Shown: in pieces, positions 63,447 to 64,000 of the stretch
How positions within the stretch are numbered: position 1 is the first letter of the stretch
Layout: each line of letters opens with the position of its first letter
From: Squalus acanthias
Taxonomy: Eukaryota
Assembly (NCBI GenBank): GCA_030390025.1
Contig: CM059431.1
Span: 116,748,001 to 116,812,000, forward strand
DNA length: 64,000 nt
Direction of reading: 5' to 3'
Program-made: the position numbers and the translations under genes
The notes under the pieces: model-generated
Databases searched by the model: none
Told to the model about the DNA's origin: nothing
The model's input: only the letters and a program-made list of their open reading frames with translations

Positions 63447-63734
63447 AATTTGTTTTGTGTTTAAGATCTTTTTCCATGGGCTGCACGTTTTTTGTCCTCT
63501 CCATATGTAACATTTCTTTTGATTTGAACATTACATTGCCAACATTCATCTTCATTTTCAGTAGTTTGTAATATTTTCACTTGTCGCTTCATGACTTGTG
63601 ATCCAACAAGCCTGCCGTATAAGTTCAAAGACTTATGACAGAAATGCTTGAAACTATCCATACGGTAAAGATTTCTCATCCGACTCCAAAATTATTTTGT
63701 GGGTAAAAATTATTCCAAACTCTTCCACAACAAA

Positions 63735-63970
63735 GAGCCATCCCACAACCCCTTTCTCTATTTCCTCATCCTCACCTTCAGTGTAAAGTGTGAGGAGTCC
63801 ATGGATTATTTTGTCTTGAAGACCAAGACTATCACTCAGCTATCTACACCCAGCAACCTTCATATCCCAACCCATCTTCCTTTCACTTTGACTTCCCCGC
63901 CTCTGTCTCCTGTCCTCATCAAGACCATTTCTTCCATGAGGTCCGCCTCTTGTGCTTTTGGCCCTCTTTT
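63735..63970 (+). mobile_element. L2 LINE internal fragment (a CR1 tail begins at ~63971 on -)
   Basis: aagtgtgaggagtccatggattattttgtc..aagact..tccatgagg..cttgtgcttttg resembles an L2 pre-RT region. Confidence 0.55.
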
Positions 63971-64000
63971 AGAAACATAGAAACTAGGAGCAGGAGTAGG

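Overview
This is a eukaryotic, repeat-dense window with no host protein-coding exon I can support. The repeat mix (CR1 LINEs, tRNA-headed Deu-domain SINEs, Penelope-like elements, Harbinger relics) looks like a cartilaginous-fish (shark-like) intron or gene desert; that taxonomic call is an inference. Contents: many 5'-truncated CR1/L2-group LINEs; DeuSINE-type SINEs; a decayed two-gene PIF/Harbinger transposon (spliced Myb/SANT gene on +, DDE transposase on -, 37.5-41.5 kb) with about a dozen non-autonomous derivatives and MITEs with 3-bp TSDs; and a 1.68-kb solo LTR with a CCCT TSD. The most striking structure is a set of Penelope-like insertions carrying minimal hammerhead ribozymes. It includes an apparently perfect 2.3-kb palindrome (1135-bp arms, 5-nt spacer, 12-bp TSD, open GIY-YIG frame on both strands), a perfect 195-bp palindrome, and tiny TSD-flanked insertions whose 5' ends fall at the ribozyme. 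Family names come from motif recognition only. Boundaries without a TSD are approximate.
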